Positions 1-10,682 of a stretch of 64,000 nt of DNA are shown in pieces (positions within the stretch are counted from its first letter, which is position 1; each line of letters opens with the position of its first letter). This DNA comes from a virus. Location of the stretch: the IMG/VR virus record IMGVR_UViG_3300035698_018616, one strand, 5' to 3'. The translations under genes and the position numbers were made by a program. Under the pieces are notes generated by a model. That model was not told the DNA's origin. It made no database searches and worked only from the letters and a program-made list of their open reading frames with translations.

Positions 1-795
1 AGGTCTTCCACAAGCGGCAGCCTCTAATGCTGTATTGGGTGTCCCGTCTTCTTGACTTGCTACAATGAAACAATCAAAACCATTATATATTGACGGCATT
101 GTTTCATGTGTTAAAGCTTCAGTATGATCTTTATAATTAGGATGATATAAACATTTAGCTTTCTTTACAGCCGGTTCTATAAATTCTAACTGACCCTTTA
201 ATGGAGATAATTTACCAACATGACCAACTATAATGTTTTCTCTTTCATTAGGTATGGGAGTGGTGGGTCTAAATAGTGTTTCGTCTACTCCGTTAGGTAG
301 GTAATATATGTTATCATGAATATTTCTTAATTGACTAAGCAACAATTTACTGTTAGCATGAACAGCTCCAGCAAGATTCATCTTAGGTTCTATTACACTT
401 ATAGGTCTATGTGATGTAATACCAGTAACCTTTTTATTTTTAGGTATCCCTTTCAAAGGTTCAATATCTATATAGCTATAACCGAATGTGAAATATACAT
501 CATATTTTTTGGGATCTATCTTACCCCCAGCAAGGATACAGGTAATATCAAACTCATTAGATAAATATTTTTTCAATTGAACGGATTTAAAATACCATGC
601 CCAATTCTTTACATCACATATAAACAATACCTTCGGCTTAATCACCTTTTTAATTTCTGATGTTATATACAGATGAGATTTTTCCTCGGGCTTGACAACC
701 TCGGGCTTGACAACCTCGGGCTTGATCACCTTTTTAACTTCCTTGGGTTTATTACTTTGCCCTGGACTGTTTACAATCATACCTATTTTTGACAT
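1..795 (-). CDS. GT4-like glycosyltransferase (3' end runs off the window; not in ORF track)
   Basis: Manual translation from ATG at 795: MSKIGMIV...VLFICDVKNWAW...YLPNGVDETLF...FIVASQEDGTPNTALEAAACGRP, i.e. the GT-B/GT4 (D/E)x7E motif. Confidence 0.8.
   Translation of the reverse strand, partial: MSKIGMIVNSPGQSNKPKEVKKVIKPEVVKPEVVKPEEKSHLYITSEIKKVIKPKVLFICDVKNWAWYFKSVQLKKYLSNEFDITCILAGGKIDPKKYDVYFTFGYSYIDIEPLKGIPKNKKVTGITSHRPISVIEPKMNLAGAVHANSKLLLSQLRNIHDNIYYLPNGVDETLFRPTTPIPNERENIIVGHVGKLSPLKGQLEFIEPAVKKAKCLYHPNYKDHTEALTHETMPSIYNGFDCFIVASQEDGTPNTALEAAACGRP
684..728. repeat. 15-bp tandem repeat x3 (encodes KPEVV repeats in the glycosyltransferase N-terminus)
   Basis: cctcgggcttgacaa x2 + cctcgggcttgatca. 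Confidence 0.95.
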
Positions 796-798
796 TTA

Positions 799-1884
799 TT
801 ACAATTTCCTTTTTAAATATTTTTCTTTAGTTTCCTTCCATGATAACTTAATTAAATCATCATAAAATAGCATTTCTGTATTGTATTTATCATTTTCAAT
901 CATGTTTTTTAGCCTTTTTGAGGCATATTTTTCTTTCCATAGATCAGTTAATGCTTTTATAGAATTATCAAATAAAGGCTGTCCATAATCTTCAGTTTCA
1001 CCTCTTAAATATTCATTAGTATTAGTGTATAACCTGCACCAATAAGAACCTCTTGGAGCATGATTAGCAGGAGGTCTTATACCATAATTACTATATATCA
1101 TGGTTAGTATCCTACCTTTAGGTCTGGAACCTTCATATATTCCTCTAATTTTTTCAGGATATTTTTTCTTTAATTCTTTTACTGCTTCCTTATATACATT
1201 ATCAGATGGTTCCAATGATATCTTACCTTCAGATGTGCCGCATTTCCTCCAATACTTCAAACGGGTGTACTGACTAAATCCACCATAAAGACTTGTAGTT
1301 GTTATGCCTATTAGTTTTTCCTTATTATAATAGGCATTCCATGTATCAACCACAGGCTTAGAACAAACCATTAGAGCAATAAGTTTACCACCTACATAAT
1401 TATATCCTAATGGTTGAGTTGGAGAGATTGAGGAACCCATAGCTGTATATCTGAGGAATTTCTTTAAACGATCATCTCTTGACCAGCCTATATATTCGTC
1501 TCTAGGTTTTAGTGATATGAAATCGGAACCTAATGATATGATTCCAATGTAGGTAAGGTCAGGTTTATTCATTACAATAAACCTTTTAATGCGACCTTTG
1601 TTAGCATTCCAATGTGCCGAATGTGTAAATATGCGGAGAGTATTCCAGGTAAGGCTTTGATCCTTAGTTATTACAGGAATAATTATTGGTTGGATTTTTA
1701 GGTAATCTTCTGGTTGGCTTGGTTTCCAAATACATTGCTTGACTTCCCACATTTTTTGCTTTTCAGCTATGGACCATTCTCTATTGTGTATTTGATGCCA
1801 ACCACGATATAGAGTATATTCCTTTATATTCATACTGGACAACATATTAAAATTTTCTTCAAACAATTTTTTTATATTACTCAT
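799..1884 (-). CDS. DUF4338 / Druantia DruA-like protein
   Basis: Motifs IGIISLGSD..RDEYIGW, PLGYNYVGGKLIAL, ITTTSLYG..SQYTRL recognised as DUF4338-type. Confidence 0.7.
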   Translation of the reverse strand: MSNIKKLFEENFNMLSSMNIKEYTLYRGWHQIHNREWSIAEKQKMWEVKQCIWKPSQPEDYLKIQPIIIPVITKDQSLTWNTLRIFTHSAHWNANKGRIKRFIVMNKPDLTYIGIISLGSDFISLKPRDEYIGWSRDDRLKKFLRYTAMGSSISPTQPLGYNYVGGKLIALMVCSKPVVDTWNAYYNKEKLIGITTTSLYGGFSQYTRLKYWRKCGTSEGKISLEPSDNVYKEAVKELKKKYPEKIRGIYEGSRPKGRILTMIYSNYGIRPPANHAPRGSYWCRLYTNTNEYLRGETEDYGQPLFDNSIKALTDLWKEKYASKRLKNMIENDKYNTEMLFYDDLIKLSWKETKEKYLKRKL

Positions 1885-1901
1885 ACGTACATATTAACTC
1901 C

Positions 1902-2738
1902 CTAATTAAAAAAACTATTTATTACGGTCTTCTTCTTTAAATCCCTTTCTTTCTTCTTCTTTTGTCTATCTTTATATGAATTTTTTACTACATGAATTAG
2001 AAGTTCTTGTTTTAACACATCTATATGATCTTTAAAGTTAGAAATTCTATCTATTGCCGATTTTATATAGTTAGATGATATGTCTATGCCCATATAATCA
2101 TGACCCAATAACCTACAAGCTATACCCGTTGTTCCACTACCCATATAAGGATCTATAATCAAGCCTTTTCTATCACTCATAAACGATAGTATGCATCTCA
2201 GTGGTAGAATAACTGGAAATGGTGCTGGATGTGGATTATCCATATCTGGTGTAAAGTTCCATATAGAAGAGCATACAGCATGTTTACCTTCCAATTTCAC
2301 ACCTATTACTTTACCACCTATAGGTTTGTATAACCAATAAATTCTCTCGTCCTTTTGATGGAACCTGTAACCACCCCATTCAGTACAAGTATGTTTATCC
2401 CATATGATTTCTTGTCTTATGTGCCATTTAGATTTAACTAACCATTCTAATGGAAATGTGGCTATACCTTTAAGATGTCTTACCTTATGATTGTAAAAAA
2501 ATGAACCCCCAGGTTTTATAGTTCTGTAAAGCTCATCGAGTACATTTATTTGGTTTTGTTGGTATTCATCTTCAGGTAGATCGTCCTGTACTTTATCATA
2601 TTTGATGGATCTGAATATTGAACCATCTGTATTTATCTTCTTGTTGTATGGTGGGGAGGTCACACCCATATCTATGAAAGCATCGGGTAATTTTTTGAGA
2701 ACCTTTAATGTATCACCTTGTAAGATTTTATTTTTCAT
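1902..2738 (-). CDS. DNA amino-methyltransferase, beta class (N4-C/N6-A)
   Basis: ILQGD start, catalytic VTSPPY, HPAPFP, SAM-binding DPYMGSGTTG, in beta-class order. Confidence 0.92.
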   Translation of the reverse strand: MKNKILQGDTLKVLKKLPDAFIDMGVTSPPYNKKINTDGSIFRSIKYDKVQDDLPEDEYQQNQINVLDELYRTIKPGGSFFYNHKVRHLKGIATFPLEWLVKSKWHIRQEIIWDKHTCTEWGGYRFHQKDERIYWLYKPIGGKVIGVKLEGKHAVCSSIWNFTPDMDNPHPAPFPVILPLRCILSFMSDRKGLIIDPYMGSGTTGIACRLLGHDYMGIDISSNYIKSAIDRISNFKDHIDVLKQELLIHVVKNSYKDRQKKKKERDLKKKTVINSFFN

Positions 2739-2777
2739 AATACCATATTCTAACACATTTAAAATTATTTGTAAAGA

Positions 2778-4097
2778 CTATTTTATGATATACGTTAATC
2801 TTCCTTGTTGGGTTTTTACTGATGACATTGAGCCCTTTCCAGATACCATTTTAAGATTTCCTTTATTTGTCTTTGTCATATTGAATTTAACATCACCAGT
2901 TGAAACAAATTTTTTCAAATCTAAATTAGCCTGCCAGTATGTAAGTAGTTTTGTAAGTAGTTGAATAGCTTTAGGATCCGAATTCAATAAAAAGGCTATA
3001 TTTTGACATATAAAATAAGTAAAAGAATCGGGTAACTTATCATTAATAGTCTTTTGATTTTTTGTAACAGGCCATGAATTATTTCTAACCACATCCATCA
3101 AATATTCCTCAATGGGTGTTAGAATTCCTTTAGCCAAATTCTGATATATTTTATATGAATTATTTTTTATATATTTACCTTTACTACCTTTTAAATATCT
3201 AGACATCAAAACATCCATACCAACATCATAAATGAATTCCATATTTTTAATATCTCTCTTCATGTTAATTTTAGTCATATATTTCAATAATGGATTGTTA
3301 ATTCTACCACCGTTATCAACATAAGAGATCAATTTAGGAATAAGGTTAGCATGAAATGATGCCGATGCACCTACACCTGATTTGCTTGATATAGGTATAA
3401 AAGTACCATCTTTCATTTCAAATATACTATCTATACCTGCAAACGATGAACTAGTAGGGACTATAAACATCAATACATCATTAGGAGATTTGATGGGGCT
3501 CTTATTAAAAACCTTTAATTCCCCATTCAATACACATAACCCTATCAATATTTCACCATAATACTTGGATATTTCTTGTTTTAACTTTCTATCATCGAAT
3601 GTCCCCCAATCAAATTTAGAATATTTATTAGAATTAAGGTTTTTGATTATTATAGTTTTAAGATTTTCGGGTATAGTGCTTATATTATATATACCATTAA
3701 TAACACTATTAGCTATATCTTTAGCACTGTAAAATACTTTAGCATCAAATTCTTTGCCATCAACACTCATCATTTCAGATTTGGCTGTTTGTGTAAGCTT
3801 ATTAGTGGTTATCCTAAGTTTTTCACCACCAGTTTTTGCTCCTTTATCGAGTAAATTGAATGAAATATTGTAAGGAATATTTTTATATACTACTATTACC
3901 TTTCCATTATCGTATTTGGAGGATTTAGGAACCACTACTTTGCTTCCTTGTGGTATTATTTCATCAGTGTTCTTACCTTGTTTATCATATACAGGGGTAT
4001 CCTTTTTTAAAAATGTTTCAACATCTCTGTCTTTAAAATATTTGTTAAATGCTGTTATACCTGTAGTAGATTCCTCTAAAAAATTTTCAAATCTCAT
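2778..4097 (-). CDS. Hypothetical protein with capsid-targeting-like N-terminus; possible PD-(D/E)xK nuclease fold
   Basis: MRFENFLEE N-terminus; YGEILIG...GIDSIF...ISSKSG pattern. Confidence 0.4.
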   Translation of the reverse strand: MRFENFLEESTTGITAFNKYFKDRDVETFLKKDTPVYDKQGKNTDEIIPQGSKVVVPKSSKYDNGKVIVVYKNIPYNISFNLLDKGAKTGGEKLRITTNKLTQTAKSEMMSVDGKEFDAKVFYSAKDIANSVINGIYNISTIPENLKTIIIKNLNSNKYSKFDWGTFDDRKLKQEISKYYGEILIGLCVLNGELKVFNKSPIKSPNDVLMFIVPTSSSFAGIDSIFEMKDGTFIPISSKSGVGASASFHANLIPKLISYVDNGGRINNPLLKYMTKINMKRDIKNMEFIYDVGMDVLMSRYLKGSKGKYIKNNSYKIYQNLAKGILTPIEEYLMDVVRNNSWPVTKNQKTINDKLPDSFTYFICQNIAFLLNSDPKAIQLLTKLLTYWQANLDLKKFVSTGDVKFNMTKTNKGNLKMVSGKGSMSSVKTQQGRLTYIIK

Positions 4098-4216
4098 CTT
4101 TAATTTCAATCCTCCCCAGCGGGTTTTACATCCTCTCCTCTTGCTCTTGCTGCTCTATATGCATCCCAATAATGACTCGAAGAATAACCCTCATTTCCCC
4201 ATGAGCACATATTATA

Positions 4217-4972
4217 TTATATTGTAACATGTAACCAACTTTTACCATTTTTTATCCTTCTAATAGTTGAAGTTGATACATTAAATATAATTGATATATT
4301 TTTGGTGGTTTCATTATTTTTTACTAACTCTTTAATTTTTCTCACTTTTTCATTATTTAATTTAGAATTAGGATGATTTTCTCCTGTAAGTTTTTCAGAA
4401 ATTTTATTTAAAGTTTCTTTAGTATGTTTTTTACCATAAAAAGGATTCTTCTTACCAATTCTTTGTTCTCTCAATTTTTGTTTAGTTTCTTCTGAAAGTT
4501 TTGTACCAATTTTCACTTCAGACCATTTCTTTAATTGATTTTCTGTAAGCTTTCTCCCTTTATTAGCTTTACTTACTATATCTTTTACTCTTTGACTTCT
4601 TTTTCTACCATACATACCATTATTTTTACCTTTAGATTTCAATCCTATTTTTCTTTTAGATTCTTCGGAATGTTTAAATCCATGATTTCCTTCTCCACCC
4701 CAAGTTAAATTATATCCATTAGGTTTGAAAGAATTATACTGTTTGATATAATGGTATTCCATCTCATCCATTTCTTCTTTAGATGAACATTCCTCTATAA
4801 TTTCCCATTTAAAATTATCAAAACCATATTTACGAATAGCTCTATAAAAATAAAAATCTGTACCTGCATTTGCTCGTTGTAAATGTGATTTTTTTCTTTC
4901 AGATAAAGGTTTGATAGTTTGACCTATATAACATTTACCATTAATCTCATTTATAGTTTTATAGATAATCAT
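4217..4972 (-). CDS. GIY-YIG homing endonuclease (Seg-like, NUMOD3 repeats)
   Basis: IIYKTINEINGKCYIGQT; GYNLTWGGEG; HSEESKRKI / HTKETLNKIS repeats; C-terminal HTH. Confidence 0.92.
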   Translation of the reverse strand: MIIYKTINEINGKCYIGQTIKPLSERKKSHLQRANAGTDFYFYRAIRKYGFDNFKWEIIEECSSKEEMDEMEYHYIKQYNSFKPNGYNLTWGGEGNHGFKHSEESKRKIGLKSKGKNNGMYGRKRSQRVKDIVSKANKGRKLTENQLKKWSEVKIGTKLSEETKQKLREQRIGKKNPFYGKKHTKETLNKISEKLTGENHPNSKLNNEKVRKIKELVKNNETTKNISIIFNVSTSTIRRIKNGKSWLHVTI

Positions 4973-4973
4973 T

Positions 4974-5234
4974 TCAATCCGATCCAGTTGGTTTGACATT
5001 TTGACCATTAGCTCTTGCTTGTTTATAAGCATCCCAATAGTGACTGCTATTACCCTTCCAGTCGCACATATCTGTGCGATTATTATACTTCAATTCAAAA
5101 CGTGACTTTGATATCAATCTATCCATTGCTTTCTTACATTTTGGACAGGTATGCTTCTCATCCATTTCTTTTCCAAACTCTAACTTTTCTTCATAACAAC
5201 CACAATCATTACATAAATACTCGAAAATAGGCAT
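4974..5234 (-). CDS. FmdB-family zinc-ribbon protein
   Basis: MPIFEYLCNDCG...CPKCKK...LISKS. Confidence 0.85.
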   Translation of the reverse strand: MPIFEYLCNDCGCYEEKLEFGKEMDEKHTCPKCKKAMDRLISKSRFELKYNNRTDMCDWKGNSSHYWDAYKQARANGQNVKPTGSD

Positions 5235-5254
5235 TTCTTTCTTCTCCTTACAGT

Positions 5255-5773
5255 TTATATATCTCTAATTTCTAAAACCTTGTTAAATTTCTTCTTAAAA
5301 CTATCCTTAGCTTTACCTTCCAATTTCTTACCCTTATAGCATTTTGTACCCTCATCAAATAAATATAAGTATACATCACCACCATATAAGTAAGAAAACC
5401 CCATTGGCATTCCTTTGTAAACCAAAAATACAGCAACGGGAATCTTACAAGGACTTTTAGGATTTTTATAATACAATTCAAATGCAGAAGGTCCAACCAG
5501 AATAATATACTTATCTAACACTATCCAGTTTCTTGTTATTGTTTGTGGATCAATATACCCCTGATATGAATACTCCCCAAAAGAAGACTTAAAACTATCT
5601 TTTGGGGCTATGTATATCTGCTTTTCTCTTATTTTTTGTTTTTCCTTTTCATTTTTTCCAGATGGTACCTCAATAATATTACCATCTTTTTGAAATACAT
5701 AATCAGTCGATGTTTTGATACAACCAAACATTACTATTAACAACCCAACCAATAATATTTTACTTATTCTCAT
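5255..5773 (-). CDS. Putative lipoprotein
   Basis: Basic N-terminus, hydrophobic stretch and lipobox-like MFGC. Confidence 0.6.
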   Translation of the reverse strand: MRISKILLVGLLIVMFGCIKTSTDYVFQKDGNIIEVPSGKNEKEKQKIREKQIYIAPKDSFKSSFGEYSYQGYIDPQTITRNWIVLDKYIILVGPSAFELYYKNPKSPCKIPVAVFLVYKGMPMGFSYLYGGDVYLYLFDEGTKCYKGKKLEGKAKDSFKKKFNKVLEIRDI

Positions 5774-6062
5774 TTCTTTTCATCCTCTCATCAATTCTTA
5801 TAAGGATATCATTCATTACATCTTGTTTCAATTTTATTTTCTCCACATCTGTTTGAACTTTCCCTATTTCTTTTTGAACTTGCTGGTTTCTATCATCTCT
5901 TTCTTCCTGTATATCTTGTTTGTTTTCAATAACATCAGCAGCTAAACTTGTAACACTATAAGAACTATGTGTAACCCATGTACCCCAACCAAGTATAGAC
6001 ATAAATAATGCAATGACTATAGCCACCATTATCTTTTTTAGTATTCCGTTTTCGGCTTTCAT
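5760..6062 (-). CDS. Single-TM coiled-coil membrane protein (holin-like)
   Basis: N-terminal TM helix followed by a heptad coiled coil. Confidence 0.4.
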   Translation of the reverse strand: MKAENGILKKIMVAIVIALFMSILGWGTWVTHSSYSVTSLAADVIENKQDIQEERDDRNQQVQKEIGKVQTDVEKIKLKQDVMNDILIRIDERMKRNENK

Positions 6063-6065
6063 TTC

Positions 6066-6515
6066 TCATAACCTCTCAAATGTGTAATATATCATGAAGG
6101 TGTTTTCAATATATTTATCGGTAAGTCTGTAATGTAATTCCTTTTCAATCCTATCTGAAAATTTATCATATAATTTCTCTCTTTTAATGAAACCACAGTA
6201 TTGCCATTCTTTTGGCTTCACTTTACTGATAAATTGTTTTAATGCACTTAGTGCTCCTGCAAAGGCTTTTAATGGATGTCCTGTATGTGTGTCACCGGTA
6301 ACAATAGTACCATCCATATCAGCACCAAATGTGAAATGATATATACCACTTATCTTTGCTACCTTTGCTCTGTATTTCAGACCATCAAATTGCCATACCC
6401 ATTTATTCTTTCCATCAGACATTGCATTTATAGATTCTAATGATTCATCAAATTCATTACACAATTCTTCAACATATAGATCATATAATTCATCTATATG
6501 TTGTTTAAATTTCAT
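6066..6515 (-). CDS. Hypothetical protein (capsid-targeting-like N-terminus)
   Basis: ORF abutting neighbours; MKFKQHIDE. Confidence 0.6.
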   Translation of the reverse strand: MKFKQHIDELYDLYVEELCNEFDESLESINAMSDGKNKWVWQFDGLKYRAKVAKISGIYHFTFGADMDGTIVTGDTHTGHPLKAFAGALSALKQFISKVKPKEWQYCGFIKREKLYDKFSDRIEKELHYRLTDKYIENTFMIYYTFERL

Positions 6516-6769
6516 TATTCCTCATCTTCTATAGGTAAATCAATAACTATTTGTCTAATTTTCTTTAAATTGGTAAGTATGGCTTTTGCTTCCTTCTTAG
6601 TTATTGTTATGTTATCTTTGTCAGCTGATTTTTCAATTTTACCTAATATTTTAGCTGCATATGGGTCCATAAGTATATTCAATATAACATGCGATAAATT
6701 TTCTTTCTGCTTCCGTGTATACTTAGGATCTTCCGTTATCTTTTCCATTAAATATTCTCTTAGTTTCAT
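6515..6769 (-). CDS. Hypothetical protein (capsid-targeting-like N-terminus)
   Basis: MKLREYLME; stop/start overlap. Confidence 0.6.
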   Translation of the reverse strand: MKLREYLMEKITEDPKYTRKQKENLSHVILNILMDPYAAKILGKIEKSADKDNITITKKEAKAILTNLKKIRQIVIDLPIEDEE

Positions 6770-6774
6770 AATTG

Positions 6775-7584
6775 TTACCTTTCTAAACCACCATTTATAA
6801 AATTGTTTAAATAACCAGTAATATTGCCAATGTTAGGAAGTATCATCGCTTCCTTGTTATTAAAATGGTACATGCCACCTTCTCTATACTGACCAGGATT
6901 ATTACCCCAAGAGAATACGGGCACCTTCTGTAGATTGCATATAGTTGTCCAATAACTTAAAGGACACACCACTACTTTAGCATATGATATGGCACCTATT
7001 ATATATTTCCAACCATTTTCAAAATAATCTATATATTTAAATATTTCATTCTCATTTACTAAGGGTGTATTCATATCACCTATAACAACGAACCCCTTAT
7101 CTTTTATAGAATTGTAAAAAATGCTCATTTCATCTTCGTCACCATAAGGTATGAAAATGCGTAAATTTTTTAGTTCTTCAGGAGTATTTATGTTTTTTAA
7201 ATCTATATGTTCAAATGTTTTATTATATATGGGGTATTGTATTACCGACTTTGTGTAATTTATACCCATCACATCTATATTTTTTTTAGAACAACCCTCT
7301 CTTTCTGATATGGATATCTTTAGATCTTTAACGAGAATATTATAATTTTTTAAAGATAATAACCTATGTATATAACCTTCCTGTCCTAATTCATCTCTAG
7401 ATAATTGTTTATATACAGGTAGTTGTTCGTTATCAAAGGTCTTATATAAAAAGGAGCGATTAAAATGTGTGCTAATGTATGTTTTATCTGGCTGTAGAAC
7501 TTTATGTATCCATGTTATGTATGGTCTAAAGGTAAGTATTTCTTGTTTAAAAGATCCAACATAAGGCCCTAAAATCAATGTCAT
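6775..7584 (-). CDS. Putative glycosyltransferase-like (GT-B) protein
   Basis: C-terminal AISYAKVVVCPLSYWTTICNLQKVPVFSWG resembles the GT9-type C-terminal motif. Confidence 0.4.
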   Translation of the reverse strand: MTLILGPYVGSFKQEILTFRPYITWIHKVLQPDKTYISTHFNRSFLYKTFDNEQLPVYKQLSRDELGQEGYIHRLLSLKNYNILVKDLKISISEREGCSKKNIDVMGINYTKSVIQYPIYNKTFEHIDLKNINTPEELKNLRIFIPYGDEDEMSIFYNSIKDKGFVVIGDMNTPLVNENEIFKYIDYFENGWKYIIGAISYAKVVVCPLSYWTTICNLQKVPVFSWGNNPGQYREGGMYHFNNKEAMILPNIGNITGYLNNFINGGLER

Positions 7585-8057
7585 TATATAACATATCCCT
7601 CTTCACATATGATAACATTACCATTCCAAAGGTTCAGTATTTCTTCTTTGTCACAGAAGATATCGTCATTTATGGATATAACCTCCAAATTCTTCAACAC
7701 ATCTTCAAAACAATAATTCAATATAAAGTGCAGTTCGTAAGTACTTAAATTTGAAAAATCTAATAGTACCTTGTTATTCTTTCTGAAAAAGGATATAATA
7801 CCAACACCTTTCTGGTTCTGTATATAATACTTTTTAGACGTGTACTTCAGAATATAATTATAGATTCTTATGTTATCTCCTATAATGAACCTATTCGTTT
7901 TAGGGTAAAAGGACAAAACTTTCTTTACCTTTTCCTCTGTTGGATTAAAGAATGCTAATTTGATCAAATGAACCCTTGATATACCTCTCAAATCCTCATC
8001 GTATAGATTATCCTCCGTGATTGTAATAAAATCTGTTCCTATACTGGTAATTCTCAT
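7584..8057 (-). CDS. Hypothetical protein
   Basis: ORF in operon, overlapping stops/starts. Confidence 0.6.
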   Translation of the reverse strand: MRITSIGTDFITITEDNLYDEDLRGISRVHLIKLAFFNPTEEKVKKVLSFYPKTNRFIIGDNIRIYNYILKYTSKKYYIQNQKGVGIISFFRKNNKVLLDFSNLSTYELHFILNYCFEDVLKNLEVISINDDIFCDKEEILNLWNGNVIICEEGYVI

Positions 8058-9097
8058 TTACATTTTCCTCCTAATAATTTCAGTCTCCATGGGGAAATCT
8101 TAATTTTGGTATAAGCTTTAGTGCTTGAGTATGAATTGTCTATAACAAACTTATATATATTATTTATACCAGAACCAACATAAAATTCATTTATATCCTT
8201 ATATTTATCATTAGAAAACAAAAAGAATTTGGTATTAGGAGGGGTATTGTTAGAATCTATAAGTTTAAGTATGGATTTTAGACCAGCTTCATCGTTATCA
8301 AGGCATACTATCAAACCCTTATTTGTTAATTGTGATATTTCATTCAGAAAGTCTTTGGATATTTCACTACCCAAGCAGGATGTTCCTTGACTTCCAATAG
8401 TAGCAGCATCAATCAGACCTTCACATATAATTATATATTTGGAACTATCAAATTCATGCTTGTTATATATAATACTGCCTTTAGCCAATGTGGGGTTCTT
8501 ATATTTGGGTAGAATACTATCAATCATTGCTCTTGCTTGGAAGTAAACAATATGATTATCTTTATCGTATATGGGTATTATAAATCTCCCTTGATAATCA
8601 CCTTTGTAAGCAACATGTACATTAAGATGGGATATTTTCCTATCTCTTATGAATTTTCTTAGAGCTTTCTGATAGATTAGTTTCATATAACCATCAACTC
8701 TTTCATCAACAGATATACAGTCATTCAGTATATAATCGTGATATTCATATTCATATTCTATTTCCTTAATTATTTTTTCTTTCTTGCGATTGGAAAGTTT
8801 TTGGATTAGATAGTCTGGGTCGTATGATTGGAGATCTTTAAGGGATTGGGCTATGGATATTCCTTTAAGAGTGGAATAAAGAGTAAGAAATGAACCAGAT
8901 TCATTACAGTTAAAACAATGCCATAAAATTTGCCCCCCATTAAAATCCATATTAAATCGTTTCTTTGATTTAGATTTCTTTGAATCTCCGCAAAGTGGGC
9001 ATCTCGATAACACATGGGTACCATTTTTAGAGAGTTTCACACCTTCCATATATTGATAACAAAATTCAATCATAACATCTAAAGCTATCATTAACAA
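8054..9097 (-). CDS. DNA primase (T4 gp61-like)
   Basis: Zn finger CPLCGDS...WHCFNC; RFIIPI, YFQAR; Toprim ICEGLIDA, CLDNDEAG, YKDINE. Confidence 0.92.
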   Translation of the reverse strand: MLMIALDVMIEFCYQYMEGVKLSKNGTHVLSRCPLCGDSKKSKSKKRFNMDFNGGQILWHCFNCNESGSFLTLYSTLKGISIAQSLKDLQSYDPDYLIQKLSNRKKEKIIKEIEYEYEYHDYILNDCISVDERVDGYMKLIYQKALRKFIRDRKISHLNVHVAYKGDYQGRFIIPIYDKDNHIVYFQARAMIDSILPKYKNPTLAKGSIIYNKHEFDSSKYIIICEGLIDAATIGSQGTSCLGSEISKDFLNEISQLTNKGLIVCLDNDEAGLKSILKLIDSNNTPPNTKFFLFSNDKYKDINEFYVGSGINNIYKFVIDNSYSSTKAYTKIKISPWRLKLLGGKCK

Positions 9098-9891
9098 ACC
9101 TCTATTCTTAATTGTTCATACCTGCATCCATCTTTTTGATGCACTTTCTTATGGCAAGTATAACATAAAGTAATGCAATTGTCAATATCAGCAGACTCTA
9201 ATGGATTGGTACTTACTGGATAGATATGGTGGCAATGGAGAGTACCGGTAGAACCACACTTAACACATTGATATCCATCCCTTTTCAATACTAATTTTTT
9301 TAATTCTGGTTGAACTTCTCTATCCAATTTCAACCATTCTAATCTTCCTGCTCTTATTGCATCTTCTCTCATTAATTGTTCAGGTGATTTACCATATATA
9401 GAACAGGAATATCTACATTCATCAGAACAATAAAAACGAGATTCATAATTATAATTACCTTTGAGATATTGAGACCTATTATTGGCATTATAATCTTTTG
9501 GTATAAACCATTTATTACATTTAAAACACCTTACTTCTAATATATTCTTATCTTTTGGACTTCTTCTTACCTCTTCACACCATTCTATCTGAGAGGCATA
9601 AGTATCATAAAGAGGTATATGTTTTTTCCATAATTCACCTTTCCAATTACTATTTTTTTCACCTTTTTGGTTCTTTGATTTTTTTAATTTTCTTTCTTTT
9701 GTATTATATCCTTTACCAGCACAAATTTTAGAACAATAATAACCTACTTTATTACTTACTTGTGCTAAAAATGGTTCCCCACAAATTTCACATTTCTCTT
9801 TGTAAATATAATATACATATCTCTTATCATGCCATTTACCGGTCTTTTTATTATATTTTAACCCTTCTAAATTATCCCAGCATATTTTCAT
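9091..9891 (-). CDS. HNH homing endonuclease
   Basis: C-terminal RDGYQCVKCG..LHCHHI...NCITLCYTCHKKVH. Confidence 0.9.
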   Translation of the reverse strand: MKICWDNLEGLKYNKKTGKWHDKRYVYYIYKEKCEICGEPFLAQVSNKVGYYCSKICAGKGYNTKERKLKKSKNQKGEKNSNWKGELWKKHIPLYDTYASQIEWCEEVRRSPKDKNILEVRCFKCNKWFIPKDYNANNRSQYLKGNYNYESRFYCSDECRYSCSIYGKSPEQLMREDAIRAGRLEWLKLDREVQPELKKLVLKRDGYQCVKCGSTGTLHCHHIYPVSTNPLESADIDNCITLCYTCHKKVHQKDGCRYEQLRIEVC

Positions 9892-9899
9892 AATTAAAC

Positions 9900-9955
9900 T
9901 CCTTACTAAGTTAAATTGTTGTGGAGTAAGGCTTAGTGAGTAAGCACTAAGCCAA
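9900..9955 (-). promoter_or_regulatory. RBS-sequestering hairpin upstream of the HNH gene
   Basis: Minus strand: GGCTTAGTG/CACTAAGCC hairpin, then CCTTACT pairs with AGTAAGG, which contains the RBS. Confidence 0.5.
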
Positions 9956-10155
9956 GGTGATCAAACCCTGTCCTCCTATTCCTCGAAAAAAATCCCTTTC
10001 CAGCATTCATAATCAAAAGGGGTTAATAAGGCTGCCTCTTCATACGTTAAGTCCTTGAATTTCTTATACTTACAGAATATCTTACCATTCTTTATTTTAC
10101 AATGGAAACAGTTTATACAAAGAGGTGTTGTGTTTTGTTCTTTTCCATCTTCCAT

Positions 10156-10491
10156 TTACTTGTTCTTTAGGTGTACCATACGTTTCTTTCCATCATTCTC
10201 TATTTCTTTTCGTATATCTTTAGGAAATAATCGGATAAATTTACTCATATCGTCATCATCTACTTTGAATATTTGTGACATAACGACTGCTGTTTCAAAA
10301 GCATCCCATTCCTTATCTAACTTTCTTGTTTCTTTATACACCTTCTTCAATGCCCTTTTCAATGTTTGGGATACCGCTTGTCTGCTAATACCCAATTCCT
10401 TAGCAATCTCAGCACCGGTCTTTTGTTCTGTAAGTGCTTGAATATTATACTCTCTTTGCTCTTCTTCCTTTATAAATGTTCTAATTCCCAT
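10156..10491 (-). CDS. HTH DNA-binding protein (sigma70 region 4-like)
   Basis: KTGAEIAKELGISRQAVSQTLKRALKK. Confidence 0.75.
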   Translation of the reverse strand: MGIRTFIKEEEQREYNIQALTEQKTGAEIAKELGISRQAVSQTLKRALKKVYKETRKLDKEWDAFETAVVMSQIFKVDDDDMSKFIRLFPKDIRKEIENDGKKRMVHLKNK

Positions 10492-10682
10492 TGTTTTTCT
10501 CCTCCAATAAATGTTTTCTTATGTATCCAGTGTTTTTCACAGGTGTTTTATTCTTCCATACATATTTTATTTTCTCTTTATTGTATTTATATCCTTGGGT
10601 ATCTGTTAGAGTATTTTCATTTATATTTACAATTCTTACAATTTTATCTTTACCGCATTCATCAACCATTACATACATTATA

